Shown here: piece after piece, positions 9,765 through 20,264 of the stretch
How the letters are laid out: each line of letters starts with the position of its first letter
Numbering within the stretch: position 1 is the stretch's first letter
Assembly: GCA_013360285.1 (NCBI GenBank)
Contig: JABWCM010000011.1
Span: 2,422 to 66,421, forward strand
DNA: 64,000 nucleotides
Origin: Myxococcales bacterium
GTDB taxonomy: Bacteria; Myxococcota_A; UBA9042; JABWCM01
Direction of reading: 5' to 3'
Notes under the pieces: generated by a model
Seen by the model: only the letters and a program-made list of their open reading frames with translations
Databases searched by the model: none
What the model was told of the DNA's origin: nothing
Made by a program: the position numbers and the translations under genes

Positions 9765-11462
9765 TTAACTACTCCCTTTCGGTAACTTTGTCGCGGCCAC
9801 AACCGCATCATGAATGTCGAACACAAATCGGTCAACTCCGAGTTTTTCCCAGAAACCGGAACGTTGCATCACATCTCGAACCGGGCCTTTTACCGATGCA
9901 AAATAAAGTTTGATGTGGGCCTGTTCGAGAAACTCGGCGATTTCGTGGAGTGCGGCATCTGCCGACGAATCCAACTCGTTGATGCTGCTCGCGTCGATAA
10001 TGACGGTATGGGGTGTTGGTTTGGTATCAGTCAGTGTTTTGTGGAGCGTTTCTTTAAGAAACGACACGTTGCCGAAATAAAATTGGGCATCAATACGCAG
10101 AATCAACACCCCGTCGACTGCTTTGGCTTCGGGAAACCGCAATAAGTTACGATAAACGGTGGTACCGGGGAGGCGACCCAGTATCGCGGTATGGGGGCGG
10201 GTGGTTCGGACAACAAACCACAACAGGGAAGCGCCGACGCCCAACCCGATCCCTTCTTCAATCCCCAACACCAACGTTGCCACAAAGGTGAAAACCAACA
10301 ACGCCAAATCCGCACGTTTGACGTGCCAGAGGTGTTTGATTTCGGCGATGTCCACCAATTGGGCCACGGCTACCAGAATAATTGCGGCCAACGTGGTTTT
10401 GGGAAGGTAATAAAACAGCGGCGTCAACGCGACGAGAACCAATATGATGACGGTGGCCGTAACCAGTGCGGCCATCGGAGACCGGGCTCCGGCTTGGTCG
10501 TTGACCGCTGTGCGCGAAAATCCACCGGTAACCGGCAATGCGCCGAGAATCGATGAGCCGATATTCGCCAATCCAAGCGCGATGAGTTCTTGGTTCGGGC
10601 GGATTTCGTAGCGGTGTTTGCTTGCAAACGCTTTTGCAACTGAAACCGACTCCATAAACCCAACCAAGGCGATGGTCATGGCCGCCGGCCACAACCGGAC
10701 CAACAATTCCGTCGAAAATAGTGGAAAAACAACGTCGGGAAGGCCCTGGGGGACGGAGGCGACGATTGCGACGCCTTTGTTGTGTAGGCCAAACAACCAC
10801 ACAACCAAAGTCGACAACACAACAACGACAAGGAATCGGGGAAATTTGGGAGCGAATCGCCGCAACAGGAGCAAAGTGGCCATGCTGCCGATCCCGATCA
10901 GCAACGTTGTTGTGTGGATTTCGCCGATTTTCTGAAAGATTTCTAAAAACGATCCAAAAATCGAATGGGTGGACGACAAGGGCAGGCCCGTCAGATGTTT
11001 CACCTGACTCATACCGATAACCAGGGCCGCAGCCGAGGTGAATCCGCTGATAACCGGATGCGACAGAAAGTTAACAAGAAATCCCGCACGCAGCAGACCC
11101 AACCCCACTTGAAAAACGCCGACCAACAACGCCAAAAAAATCGCGGCGGTAATAAATTCGGATGACCCGGGGGCCGCAATGGCGGAAGCAGAGGACAACA
11201 CAAGCAACGACACCATGGCCACGGGCCCGACCGCCAACTGCCTCGAGGTGCCAAACAACGAATACAAAACGAGTGGAAGAGTTGACGCGTAAAGACCCAA
11301 AATCGGGGGAAGGCCCGCCAACAGCGCGTAGGCCATTCCCTGCGGGACCAACATGACGGCGGTGGTCAAACCGGCGGAGCCGTCTTGAAGCCACTGAGCT
11401 TTTTTATAGGACCCCATCCATTCAATCGCCGGAATCCATCGTTTTAAGGCAGCCAACACCAT
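9765..11462 (-). CDS. SulP family anion transporter with STAS domain
   Basis: VPQGMAYALLAGLP, GTSRQLAVGP, NQELIALG and a C-terminal STAS domain (IIDASSINELDSSA). Confidence 0.93.
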   Translation of the reverse strand: MVLAALKRWIPAIEWMGSYKKAQWLQDGSAGLTTAVMLVPQGMAYALLAGLPPILGLYASTLPLVLYSLFGTSRQLAVGPVAMVSLLVLSSASAIAAPGSSEFITAAIFLALLVGVFQVGLGLLRAGFLVNFLSHPVISGFTSAAALVIGMSQVKHLTGLPLSSTHSIFGSFLEIFQKIGEIHTTTLLIGIGSMATLLLLRRFAPKFPRFLVVVVLSTLVVWLFGLHNKGVAIVASVPQGLPDVVFPLFSTELLVRLWPAAMTIALVGFMESVSVAKAFASKHRYEIRPNQELIALGLANIGSSILGALPVTGGFSRTAVNDQAGARSPMAALVTATVIILVLVALTPLFYYLPKTTLAAIILVAVAQLVDIAEIKHLWHVKRADLALLVFTFVATLVLGIEEGIGLGVGASLLWFVVRTTRPHTAILGRLPGTTVYRNLLRFPEAKAVDGVLILRIDAQFYFGNVSFLKETLHKTLTDTKPTPHTVIIDASSINELDSSADAALHEIAEFLEQAHIKLYFASVKGPVRDVMQRSGFWEKLGVDRFVFDIHDAVVAATKLPKGSS

Positions 11463-11621
11463 GTCCCATTCTCCTCGGCACTTGCCGTAGGTAGGTAGAG
11501 CATAGATCGTGCCAAGTAAAGATGTGTTGGAAGGCGGCGGGTACACCTTGGAAGGATCGGGGTGGGATTGTTTCACCGTGAAACAGCGATGAAACATAAC
11601 ATGTTTCATGTCCGATGCGGG

Positions 11622-12032
11622 TTATTCCGTCGGGTCGGGTCGCAGCAGTTCGCCTAAAATACGGAGGGCGTCAATCGTGGTGAAGATGCCGACCACTAAG
11701 TCGTCGTCCATCACTACAACCGAGCCGATTTTGGTGTGCTCCATTTGTTGTACGACGTCCAGCAGTTCTGCGGTGGGAGGCACGGCCACGACTTCGGCGC
11801 TCATCGCTTCTTCTACGGTCAACTGGGTGTTGCCTTGGCCTTGAATGCCCTCGATCAACCTCAGATCGCGTTCTGTTACGATTCCGACCAAGGAACCACT
11901 TTTTAATACGGGCAGATGGCGAATTCCGTGTTCGTACATGAGTCGTCTTGCCGAATCGGTGCTCGCGTCCAAACGGATACTGTGTGGGCTTCGGGTCATC
12001 ACGTGAGCCATGATCAATGTATCAGCCGGCAT
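11622..12032 (-). CDS. CBS-pair domain protein
   Basis: IRHLPVL..LVGIVTERDL and IGSVVV..VVGIFTTID. Confidence 0.88.
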   Translation of the reverse strand: MPADTLIMAHVMTRSPHSIRLDASTDSARRLMYEHGIRHLPVLKSGSLVGIVTERDLRLIEGIQGQGNTQLTVEEAMSAEVVAVPPTAELLDVVQQMEHTKIGSVVVMDDDLVVGIFTTIDALRILGELLRPDPTE

Positions 12033-12164
12033 GAATCAGGTCTCCTTTGGTGTGAAAATCAAATGGGTGCTGTAAACAGCTACCGTACAGCTTGATATAC
12101 ACCAAGTTCCAACCCGTTTGAACCCCAATGAAACACGATGATGTTGTGAATTTTCCCAAACTCG

Positions 12165-12326
12165 GAGTTTGTGAAAAAATATGGGCGCGGGCTGTGGGCG
12201 TGGATTTTGCGCCGAATTGGACTCGAAAAACCCGAGTCATATCGGGAATATGGCGCAGGGTTTTTCGAAGCCAAGGCGGCCACAAGCCACCGCCCAGAGA
12301 CCGCGCAGCTATTTTTTAACAAACTC
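12165..12326 (-). repeat. 162-bp element, copy 2 (inverted orientation)
   Basis: GAGTTTGTGAAAAAATA...TATTTTTTAACAAACTC; reverse-complement core GAGTCATATCGGGAATATGGCGC. Confidence 0.85.
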
Positions 12327-12387
12327 CTAGATGTGGTGTACCGTTGGGTTGGTTTTTGAGGCGCGAGAGGATCGGAAAGGAGCGGCG

Positions 12388-15075
12388 ATGGTCAAAAATG
12401 CTCACGAGGCGTTGCGTAAAGATGTTCGGTTGTTGGGAGAGTTGTTGGGGCGACTGCTCAAAGAACACGGCGGGGTGTTGTTATACGAAAAAGTGGAGCA
12501 GGTACGACGGTTGGCCAAAGAAGCCCGCGCCGGAGGCAAACCTGCTTTTTCTAAACTTCAACATGTGTTAAGTGAGCTTCCTCTTGAGCAGGCATACCTT
12601 GTTGCCAGGGCGTTTTATCATTTTTTGGCGTTGGCCAACGTTGCCGAGCAACATCATCGGGTTCGGAGGCGGCGCCATTATGAACGAGACGCCGCAGCAA
12701 CGCCCCAGCGTGGTTCGTGCGCCGATGTTTTTGCGCGGCTTTTGTCCGGGGGAATGTCGGCTGATACGTTGTTTCACGCTGTTTCTCAACAGCGGGTAGA
12801 GTTGGTGTTGACCGCGCATCCGACGGAGGTCTCACGAAGGACTTTGCTGAGAAAGTATAATCATATCGAACTGTTGTTGTCCGAGCGGGATCGTCCGGAC
12901 CTGACGGTGGCGGAATCGGAAGCGGTGGTCCGTTCGTTGGCGGCCGAAATTCTGTCGTTATGGGAAACCGACGAATTACGCCGGCGCCGACCGACTCCGA
13001 AAGACGAAGCGATCGGTGGGTTGTTTATTGTGGAACAAACGTTGTGGGATGCCGTTCCGGCGTTTGTCCGGCAGATCGACGACACGTTGATGTCGATGTG
13101 TGGAAAACGATTGCCGTTGGATGCGGCGCCGGTGACCTTTGGCTCGTGGATGGGCGGAGATCGGGATGGAAATCCCAACGTGACGGCATCGGTAACGCGC
13201 GAGGTATGTTTGTTGTCGCGGCTTATCGCTGCGCGGCTTTACACCCAACAGTTGGAGAAATTACGCGCCGACCTGGCGGTGACCCGATGTAACGCGGCAC
13301 TACGAGCAAGGGTCGGAGACGTTCGGGAGCCCTATCGGGTGTTGCTGACCCAACTGCGTGACCGCATGGCGGCGACCGCAGGTTATTTGGAGAAATCGCA
13401 GACAGGGCAGGGGGATACGGCGGATTCGACCAGCGGTGTATCGCTGATTCATCGGGTCGATGACCTTCGTGAACCACTGTTGTTATGTTACCAATCGCTG
13501 GTGGAATGTGGGTTAAGTGAGTTGGCGAATCGGGAACTGTTGGATTTGATACGCCGCCTTGCTGCTTTTGGGTTGTCGTTGGTCCGCCTGGATATTCGTC
13601 AGGAATCCCAACGGCATACCGAAACGTTGGACGCGCTGACCGTGGCGTTGGGATTGGGGTCGTACAAAAGTTGGAACGAAGAACAGCGGCAGGCTTTTTT
13701 GATCGCGGAACTCAACAGTAGACGACCGTTGACGCCGATTGGATTTGTTGCCGATCCGCAGGTTGAGGAGGTGTTGGCGACGTTTCGGACTATTGCGGAA
13801 ACCAACCGTGAATCGTTGGGATGTTACGTTATTTCCATGGCCCAGGCACCGTCCGACGTGTTGGCCGTGGTCCTGCTGCAACGGGAAGCCCGCATGTTGG
13901 ACCCCCTGCCGGTGGTACCGCTGTTTGAAACGTTGGCGGATTTGGAGTCGGCCGGTGACACTCTGCGGCAGTTGTTGGCGTTGGAAACGTATCGAGAACG
14001 CATCGGGGGGCGCCAGCAGGTGATGATCGGGTATTCGGATTCGGCCAAAGACGCGGGTCGATTGGCAGCGGCGTGGGCGTTGTATCGGGCACAGGAAGAA
14101 ATTGTGTCGGTGTGCCGCGAAGCCGGTGTGGCGGTGACGTTGTTTCATGGTCGTGGGGGAACCGTGGGGCGAGGAGGGGGGCCGACCTACCTTGCGGTCC
14201 AATCCCAACCGCCGGGTTCGGTGGATGGGACGCTTCGGGTCACCGAGCAGGGGGAAATGATTCAGGCGAAGTTCAGCACGTTGGGGATCGCCTTGAGAAC
14301 ATTGGAGTTGTATACCACGTCGACCCTGCTTGCGACCGTCCAACCGCCGGCGGATCCAAAACCCGAGTGGCGAACGAAGATGAACGACTTGGCCGCCGCG
14401 GCGGCGGCATCCTATCGGGAAATGATCCGGGAAACGGATGGTTTTGTGGAGTATTTCCGGCAAGCCACACCGGAGCAGGAGTTGTCGTTATTGAACGTCG
14501 GGTCGCGGCCGGCGCGGCGATCCAAAGGTGGCGGCGTAGAGTCGTTGCGGGCGATTCCGTGGGTGTTTTCCTGGACCCAAACCCGGCTGATGTTGCCGGC
14601 GTGGTTGGGGGTGGAACGAGCGCTGAGTGAAACGATTGGAATGACCAGCGACGGTAAGTTAACAAGTGGGGGCGTGCTGGAAGAGATCCAAACAATGTAT
14701 CGGGAATGGCCATTTTTTCAGTCGACGTTGGATCTCATCGAAATGGTGGTGGCCAAAGCCGATCTGCCGATTGCCGACTTATACGACCAGGTGTTGGTGC
14801 AACCATCGTTGCAGCCGCTAGGGGCACAATTGAGAGCCCGCCTAAAACAAATGGAAACGGTGTTGTTGACCATTACGGAACACGATGAATTGTTGCAGAA
14901 CAACCCGGTATTGAAACGGTCGATCCAGGTCCGAAATCCGTACGTCGATCCCATTCATGTGTTGCAAATGGAATTGCTGCGCCGCCGGCGCCAAGGCGTG
15001 GAGGACGACCAGGTCAACGTAGCGTTATCGATGACGATCAACGGCATCGCCGCAGGGATGCGCAACACGGGGTGA
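12388..15075 (+). CDS. ppc: Phosphoenolpyruvate carboxylase
   Basis: VLTAHPTE, SWMGGDRDGNP, QVMIGYSDSAKD, FHGRGGTVGRGGGP and the C-terminal GIAAGMRNTG. Confidence 0.98.
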   Translation: MVKNAHEALRKDVRLLGELLGRLLKEHGGVLLYEKVEQVRRLAKEARAGGKPAFSKLQHVLSELPLEQAYLVARAFYHFLALANVAEQHHRVRRRRHYERDAAATPQRGSCADVFARLLSGGMSADTLFHAVSQQRVELVLTAHPTEVSRRTLLRKYNHIELLLSERDRPDLTVAESEAVVRSLAAEILSLWETDELRRRRPTPKDEAIGGLFIVEQTLWDAVPAFVRQIDDTLMSMCGKRLPLDAAPVTFGSWMGGDRDGNPNVTASVTREVCLLSRLIAARLYTQQLEKLRADLAVTRCNAALRARVGDVREPYRVLLTQLRDRMAATAGYLEKSQTGQGDTADSTSGVSLIHRVDDLREPLLLCYQSLVECGLSELANRELLDLIRRLAAFGLSLVRLDIRQESQRHTETLDALTVALGLGSYKSWNEEQRQAFLIAELNSRRPLTPIGFVADPQVEEVLATFRTIAETNRESLGCYVISMAQAPSDVLAVVLLQREARMLDPLPVVPLFETLADLESAGDTLRQLLALETYRERIGGRQQVMIGYSDSAKDAGRLAAAWALYRAQEEIVSVCREAGVAVTLFHGRGGTVGRGGGPTYLAVQSQPPGSVDGTLRVTEQGEMIQAKFSTLGIALRTLELYTTSTLLATVQPPADPKPEWRTKMNDLAAAAAASYREMIRETDGFVEYFRQATPEQELSLLNVGSRPARRSKGGGVESLRAIPWVFSWTQTRLMLPAWLGVERALSETIGMTSDGKLTSGGVLEEIQTMYREWPFFQSTLDLIEMVVAKADLPIADLYDQVLVQPSLQPLGAQLRARLKQMETVLLTITEHDELLQNNPVLKRSIQVRNPYVDPIHVLQMELLRRRRQGVEDDQVNVALSMTINGIAAGMRNTG

Positions 15076-15153
15076 ACGGGGGGATGGTGGTTTGGAACGT
15101 TGGAAAAATGTTGGCGGACGTCGGTCGACGCCAATCCATGACGAGGCTGAAGT

Positions 15154-15810
15154 ATGACCATGCCCGACCATCCCAAGATTTACCATATCGTCCATATGGA
15201 TCGGTTGCCGTCTATCGTACATTCCGGCGGTCTCTGGTGCGACGAGGAAATGATGAAACACCCGCCGCAGGGTACGACGATTGGAATGACTTCTATCAAA
15301 CAGCGGCGTTTGACCGCAAAGCTCCGCAGTTATCCGGGTTTGTGTGTAGGTGGTTGTGTACCCTTTTATTTTTGTCCGCGATCGGTCATGTTGTATTTGA
15401 TCCACTGCGCCAACAATCCGGAACTCACCTATCGCGGGGGTCAGGCGCCGATTTTGCACCTCGAAGCCGATTTATTTACGGTCATTCAATGGGCTGAACA
15501 GCACCAAAAACGTTGGGCATTCACGCTATCGAATGCGGGCTCGAGCTATTTTGAGGATTTTAGTGACCGATGCTCTTTGGGCCGAATCGATTGGGATGCC
15601 GTCGCTGCCCGGGACTGGCAGAAATGTAAGGAACCTAAACAGGCGGAGTTCTTGCTGGAACACTACTTTCCTTGGTTTTTAGTTGAGCGGATTGGGGTTC
15701 ATCCTGCGGTAGACTATTGGAAAATAGTCCAAACACTGGTTGGGAGCGAACTTCGGCCGCTGGTCGAAGTCCGCGCGGACTGGTATTATGACCACGGAGG
15801 TAACCGGTGA
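15154..15810 (+). CDS. darT: DarT ssDNA ADP-ribosyltransferase toxin (DUF4433)
   Basis: KIYHIVH, VPFYFCPRSVMLY, FTLSNAG and KQAEFL (catalytic Glu). Overlaps the macrodomain gene. Confidence 0.92.
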   Translation: MTMPDHPKIYHIVHMDRLPSIVHSGGLWCDEEMMKHPPQGTTIGMTSIKQRRLTAKLRSYPGLCVGGCVPFYFCPRSVMLYLIHCANNPELTYRGGQAPILHLEADLFTVIQWAEQHQKRWAFTLSNAGSSYFEDFSDRCSLGRIDWDAVAARDWQKCKEPKQAEFLLEHYFPWFLVERIGVHPAVDYWKIVQTLVGSELRPLVEVRADWYYDHGGNR

Positions 15811-16871
15811 TGATCGAAACCACTTATGGCGATATTTTGAAGTGCGACGCGGACGCGTTGGTCAACACGGTCAACTGTATGGGAGTGATGGGTCGGGGTA
15901 TTGCATTGCAGTTCAAAAACGCGTATCCGGAAAACTTCAAAGCCTATCGTACCGCCTGCAAACGTGGTGAAGTAGTGCCCGGGCGGATGTTTGTGTTCGA
16001 GACCGGGCAATTGGTATCTCCTCGGTATATTATTAACTTTCCAACCAAACGCCACTGGCGGGACAAAAGTCGGATTGAGGATATAGAGGCTGGGTTGGCT
16101 GCTTTGGTGGAGGTCATCCGCACCGAAAACATACAATCAGTGGCAATTCCACCGTTGGGTAGCGGGTTGGGAGGACTTGATTGGGCCGATGTCAAACCTC
16201 GCATTGAATCGGCAGCCGCGCGGTTGCCTGATGTCCGTGTGCTGACGTTTGAGCCGCAGGGTGCACCCAGTTCCGATACCATGGTGCACTCTCGTGGATT
16301 ACTCAAAATGACCGCGGGGCGTGCGGCGTTGTTGGAACTGATACAACGTTATCTGAACGGGTTACTCGATCCTTACGTCACCTTGCTTGAGGTGCATAAG
16401 TTAATGTACTTCATGCAGGAAGTCGGGGAACCATTGGATTTAAAGTACGTCAAGGGAACTTACGGGCCATATTCCGAAAATCTGAGACATGTGCTCAGCA
16501 GGATAGAAGGGCATTGGATCCTCGGTTACGCCGATGGCGGAGATGCACCCGGTAAACCCTTGGCCCTCATACCAGGGGTTATCGACGAAGCGACGAGTTT
16601 TCTTGAGCATCACCCCGAAACGCGTGCACGCTTAAACAGAGTAGCAGCTTTGGTGGAAGGTTTTGAGTCGCCGTTTGGCCTGGAGTTGCTGTCTACGGTG
16701 CACTGGGTCATGAAACACGAACACGTCACGGTTCCTGCTGAGGTACAAGATCGCGTTTATGCATGGAATAAAGGTAAACAGCAGTTTACGCCGCGGCAGA
16801 TCGAGATTGCAATCAACAGATTAACTGAAAATGGTTGGGTGATCTGTCATACCCCCGCGGACTTCGCATAA
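15807..16871 (+). CDS. darG: DarG macrodomain antitoxin (DNA ADP-ribosylglycohydrolase)
   Basis: GDIL..DADALVNTVNCMGVMGRGIALQFK, INFPTKRHW and PPLGSGLGGL; C-terminal domain with KLMYFMQ, YGPY and GFESPFGLELLSTVHW. Confidence 0.93.
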   Translation: MMIETTYGDILKCDADALVNTVNCMGVMGRGIALQFKNAYPENFKAYRTACKRGEVVPGRMFVFETGQLVSPRYIINFPTKRHWRDKSRIEDIEAGLAALVEVIRTENIQSVAIPPLGSGLGGLDWADVKPRIESAAARLPDVRVLTFEPQGAPSSDTMVHSRGLLKMTAGRAALLELIQRYLNGLLDPYVTLLEVHKLMYFMQEVGEPLDLKYVKGTYGPYSENLRHVLSRIEGHWILGYADGGDAPGKPLALIPGVIDEATSFLEHHPETRARLNRVAALVEGFESPFGLELLSTVHWVMKHEHVTVPAEVQDRVYAWNKGKQQFTPRQIEIAINRLTENGWVICHTPADFA

Positions 16872-16941
16872 ACCATGCCGACATTACGACAAAGGAATCG
16901 AAATTTTCGGATCTGATAAAGCGGAACCAAGCCGGCCCAGA

Positions 16942-17103
16942 GAGGCTGTGAAAAAATAGCTACGTGCCCCAATTCCGGCCGCTTTTAGCCCCATTGTCTC
17001 CGAAAAAGGTTTCGCAATATGCCAGATATTACTCAACTTTTTCAAAGCCAATGGAGCGCAAAATCGGCTGACTTGGGGCACGTAGCTATTTTTTCACAGC
17101 CTC
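16942..17103 (+). repeat. 162-bp element, copy 3
   Basis: Perfect 31-bp terminal inverted repeat GAGGCTGTGAAAAAATAGCTACGTGCCCCAA; core CGCAATATGCCAGATATTACTC. Confidence 0.88.
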
Positions 17104-17144
17104 AGAGCCACCGCTCAGAGGGCGAACAGCATTTTTTCCCAAAT

Positions 17145-18935
17145 CTACAGCGTGTCGCTGGGCTCGGGCCGGTCTTCGTTGAGGTAGGTTAGTATGGATT
17201 GGGCCGTTACACCCACTACGTGCTGGAGTTGGGCCATGTGCAGTACGTCTGGGCCATCCAGGGTGACAGGCTCGTCGCCGCGATAGGTCCAGATGTGGTC
17301 TTTACGGAACTCGATGCCCAACGAACTTGGGCGGCGGTTCGATGAGCGGTAGTCGCCGATGATTTGGTCGCGGTTGCCGTATAAAAAATCACCAATCTTT
17401 TCGTATGCTTCTCTGGCTCGTTCCAGGGTGCCTTCCAGTTGTTCTGGGAAACCCGCGCTCAGTCCGAACACGCCTGCGGCCCAATCGCTTGGGGGACGAC
17501 GGAACATATGAAGGTAGCTGCGCAACATTTCGCTTTCTGCGGATCGTAGGTTTGTATCCAACAACATCCGCCAGACCCATTCGTATGCCGGCGATACCCG
17601 GCTATCTGGGTTCATTTCTTCAAATCGTTTTCTTAAATAACTAAAAAAGAACCAGACTTGAGCCCGGACTTCGACGCTGCCTTCGGGCAACGCATAGGGG
17701 TGATTGTGACCTACCGCGATTCCGCCGCGTTCGAGATCCAACGAAATCCGGGCGGCCAATTTTCGGTCGGCGGTAAATTCCCCAAATTCATCGGGGTAAT
17801 AAGGGTCAAACAGGCCGACGGGCATCCGTTTGGTTGTATGATACGCCATCGTGGAGTAGATGATGCTGGATTCGGGGCGCAAGGTTCCTTTTTCCCCCGG
17901 CATGTCGGTCGGATTGTATTTGTCGTAGGTATGTACGGCTAATTTAAGAACGGCGCGGCGGACCGCTTTTTCGTAGGTTTCGGAAATACGGTCGTAATAA
18001 TCTTCCAGGACTTTCTTTTTTTCGGCGTGACTCAGATAATGCGAAAAAGGATAGTTGATGGCAAAACGGGACAAATAGTCGGCATTGGCGCGGGTGATTC
18101 CGGGAAACCTGCCAAAGTCGAGCAGTACACGAGCGATGTTGACCCGATAAAACCCAGGCAGATTGAGTGCACGCACCAAACCGGCGGCGATGTAGTTACA
18201 TCCCCAGTCCTTTTCCCGCGCATATCCTTTGTTGACATGCTCAAACAGCATCTGGTCCGACAGGCGTTGGGCCAACGAACGGTAGATTTGTGCCGGAATA
18301 AAATCGCCGCCGTGAATCGTGTCGATCACGATCCGATCTTTGTAACTTTCGGGAAACAAATGAAGATCGGGGTCATACTCGGGATTGGTTACAAAAGAAA
18401 CCGGCTCAAATTGGTCGCTGATTTGTAGACCTTCACCAAACATTCCGGCAATACGCGGAAGATGGGCGATGGTCGTGTTGAGGTGGGCGCTGATACGGTT
18501 TCGAAGCGCTTTTGTGGCTCGGATGGGAGGAAGCCCAAACAGAACGTCATGGACCGCCGGGGTGGGTGGTTCTCCCACATTCAGCCGGTGAACGATGGTT
18601 TCGAGAGGAAAGCGCCGGAGGTTTCGAAGCGGCTCCGGCAACGATTCTCCGGTAGGCGCCTGGGAAAAAAGGAACACCACCGGGCGGTCCATGGCCAAAA
18701 CGGTTCCACATTCAAACAAGACCCACGGTCGTTCGACGGATTGAGCCGATAGCACAAATACAACACCGTCGGCCAGGTCGACAGCATTGCGGATATTGAC
18801 TGGGGGTTCGGCGTCATCGTGAATGGTTCTGGATGCCAGTTCGGTACGAACCCCCCGTGTTTGTAGAACATCAGCAAGCTGATTGGCAGCTTCGGATTCC
18901 GCGTCTTCAAAACGAATCAACACCTGATACAACAT
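17145..18935 (-). CDS. TIR domain fused to an N-formylglutamate amidohydrolase-like domain
   Basis: N-terminal TIR_2-like segment ADGVVFVLSAQSVERPWVLFECG. The C-terminal motifs IHGG, EKDWG, ARVLLDFGR, AVHTY, NHPY and GIEFRKD follow the FGase motif order. Confidence 0.7.
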   Translation of the reverse strand: MLYQVLIRFEDAESEAANQLADVLQTRGVRTELASRTIHDDAEPPVNIRNAVDLADGVVFVLSAQSVERPWVLFECGTVLAMDRPVVFLFSQAPTGESLPEPLRNLRRFPLETIVHRLNVGEPPTPAVHDVLFGLPPIRATKALRNRISAHLNTTIAHLPRIAGMFGEGLQISDQFEPVSFVTNPEYDPDLHLFPESYKDRIVIDTIHGGDFIPAQIYRSLAQRLSDQMLFEHVNKGYAREKDWGCNYIAAGLVRALNLPGFYRVNIARVLLDFGRFPGITRANADYLSRFAINYPFSHYLSHAEKKKVLEDYYDRISETYEKAVRRAVLKLAVHTYDKYNPTDMPGEKGTLRPESSIIYSTMAYHTTKRMPVGLFDPYYPDEFGEFTADRKLAARISLDLERGGIAVGHNHPYALPEGSVEVRAQVWFFFSYLRKRFEEMNPDSRVSPAYEWVWRMLLDTNLRSAESEMLRSYLHMFRRPPSDWAAGVFGLSAGFPEQLEGTLERAREAYEKIGDFLYGNRDQIIGDYRSSNRRPSSLGIEFRKDHIWTYRGDEPVTLDGPDVLHMAQLQHVVGVTAQSILTYLNEDRPEPSDTL

Positions 18936-19132
18936 GGTGAAATCCTGCCGGAGAGGATTACCTCATACAAATGCCGGAAACCCTATGCGGGACGGGACCC
19001 CGCACACCTTCGGTATGGAGACGTTCCATACCTTCCTATTGGGCGCTACACGTATACAGGACACCGAGACGGAAGTCACGAAGCCGGGTTCACAAACTCT
19101 TCGTAGCGACGGGTCAGGTTGTTGGAAATGTT

Positions 19133-20137
19133 TCAAACCGACAATACTTCGACCCCATGATTGTTGTCGTCGGTGAGAATTTCAAACGCAGCCCGATGTT
19201 TGGAAAACAACGTCACCGGCGGTTCGCCGGGAAAAGAAAGGCGGATCTCCGCCGTTGCGATTTTGGAATTGAGGCACGTTTTCCGCCCACCGGGCGGGTT
19301 GTCATAAGGTAACCCAATAAAATCCACTGCTGTTGTTTCCATTCGGCCTTCCAACTGTACGCCATGACACTGAGTTGAAAACCGCCAGACACGAAAATCG
19401 TATTCCGCCGTTGCTCGTAATGCCGTGACCATGTCGTTAAACGCGTAGTCGCGCCCTTGATAACGTAAGACTGCCATGGTCATCCAGGGGGTGCGGATCG
19501 GAAAAAATGACGGGCCGATTTTAACTTTGGCCGTGGCTATCTCCAGGTGGGTGTCGGCGCTGTTGTCAAAACCACACACCTGGCCCCAGGCATACCGATC
19601 CGTATGTTGGCTACCCCAATTGTGGTTTTGACTACCCACCCAACCGTCAATGGCAATGGTTTCGTCGTTGACCGTCAGGTTGCCGTGATAGACCGCAAAC
19701 GGAGACCCCACCAACGCTTTGGCTTTGGGAAACGGGGCTGTATAATACTGCGGTTTTAACAAACACAACGGAGGCGACGGCGACTCATACTGGAGTTGCC
19801 AGGCGATGGTATTGCCCAGCGCCGATGATTGCCCTTGTAAAACCTGGTTGTCGAGCGTGGCCTGGCCGACCTGGATGTTGAGCCCGTATGGCGCAAACCG
19901 GCAACGTGTTATGGGGATGTTTTCTTTGACGGCAGTAATTTTGTGACTTTCACCATTAAAATAAATTGCCCAGAGTTCACCTACCGCATCTTTTGGGCGA
20001 TTCCGCGGCGAAAACACAGTATAACGAATCCAAAACGCCAACGGTCGGTTTGGGTGATTGGCCCGCTGAAAATAACTCTCATAATGACCCTTGTGCGAAA
20101 AATCGTACCGAAACCCATTACACTCATCCCGGTTCAT
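19133..20137 (-). CDS. Hypothetical protein, tocopherol-cyclase/AttH-like beta-barrel
   Basis: GHYESYF, FWIRYT and GSQNHNWGSQHTDRYAWGQ. Start set at MNRDEC. Confidence 0.6.
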   Translation of the reverse strand: MNRDECNGFRYDFSHKGHYESYFQRANHPNRPLAFWIRYTVFSPRNRPKDAVGELWAIYFNGESHKITAVKENIPITRCRFAPYGLNIQVGQATLDNQVLQGQSSALGNTIAWQLQYESPSPPLCLLKPQYYTAPFPKAKALVGSPFAVYHGNLTVNDETIAIDGWVGSQNHNWGSQHTDRYAWGQVCGFDNSADTHLEIATAKVKIGPSFFPIRTPWMTMAVLRYQGRDYAFNDMVTALRATAEYDFRVWRFSTQCHGVQLEGRMETTAVDFIGLPYDNPPGGRKTCLNSKIATAEIRLSFPGEPPVTLFSKHRAAFEILTDDNNHGVEVLSV

Positions 20138-20264
20138 CTTGATCTCCGTCAAACAAACTTCGTTTCCCCGGTCTTTTATTATCACGGACATCAGGCATAA
20201 TCCATCAAGTCGTGACCAGTTGGTCATGATTTCTTTTTCGATTGGTGCGTGGCTGAGGTGAAAC

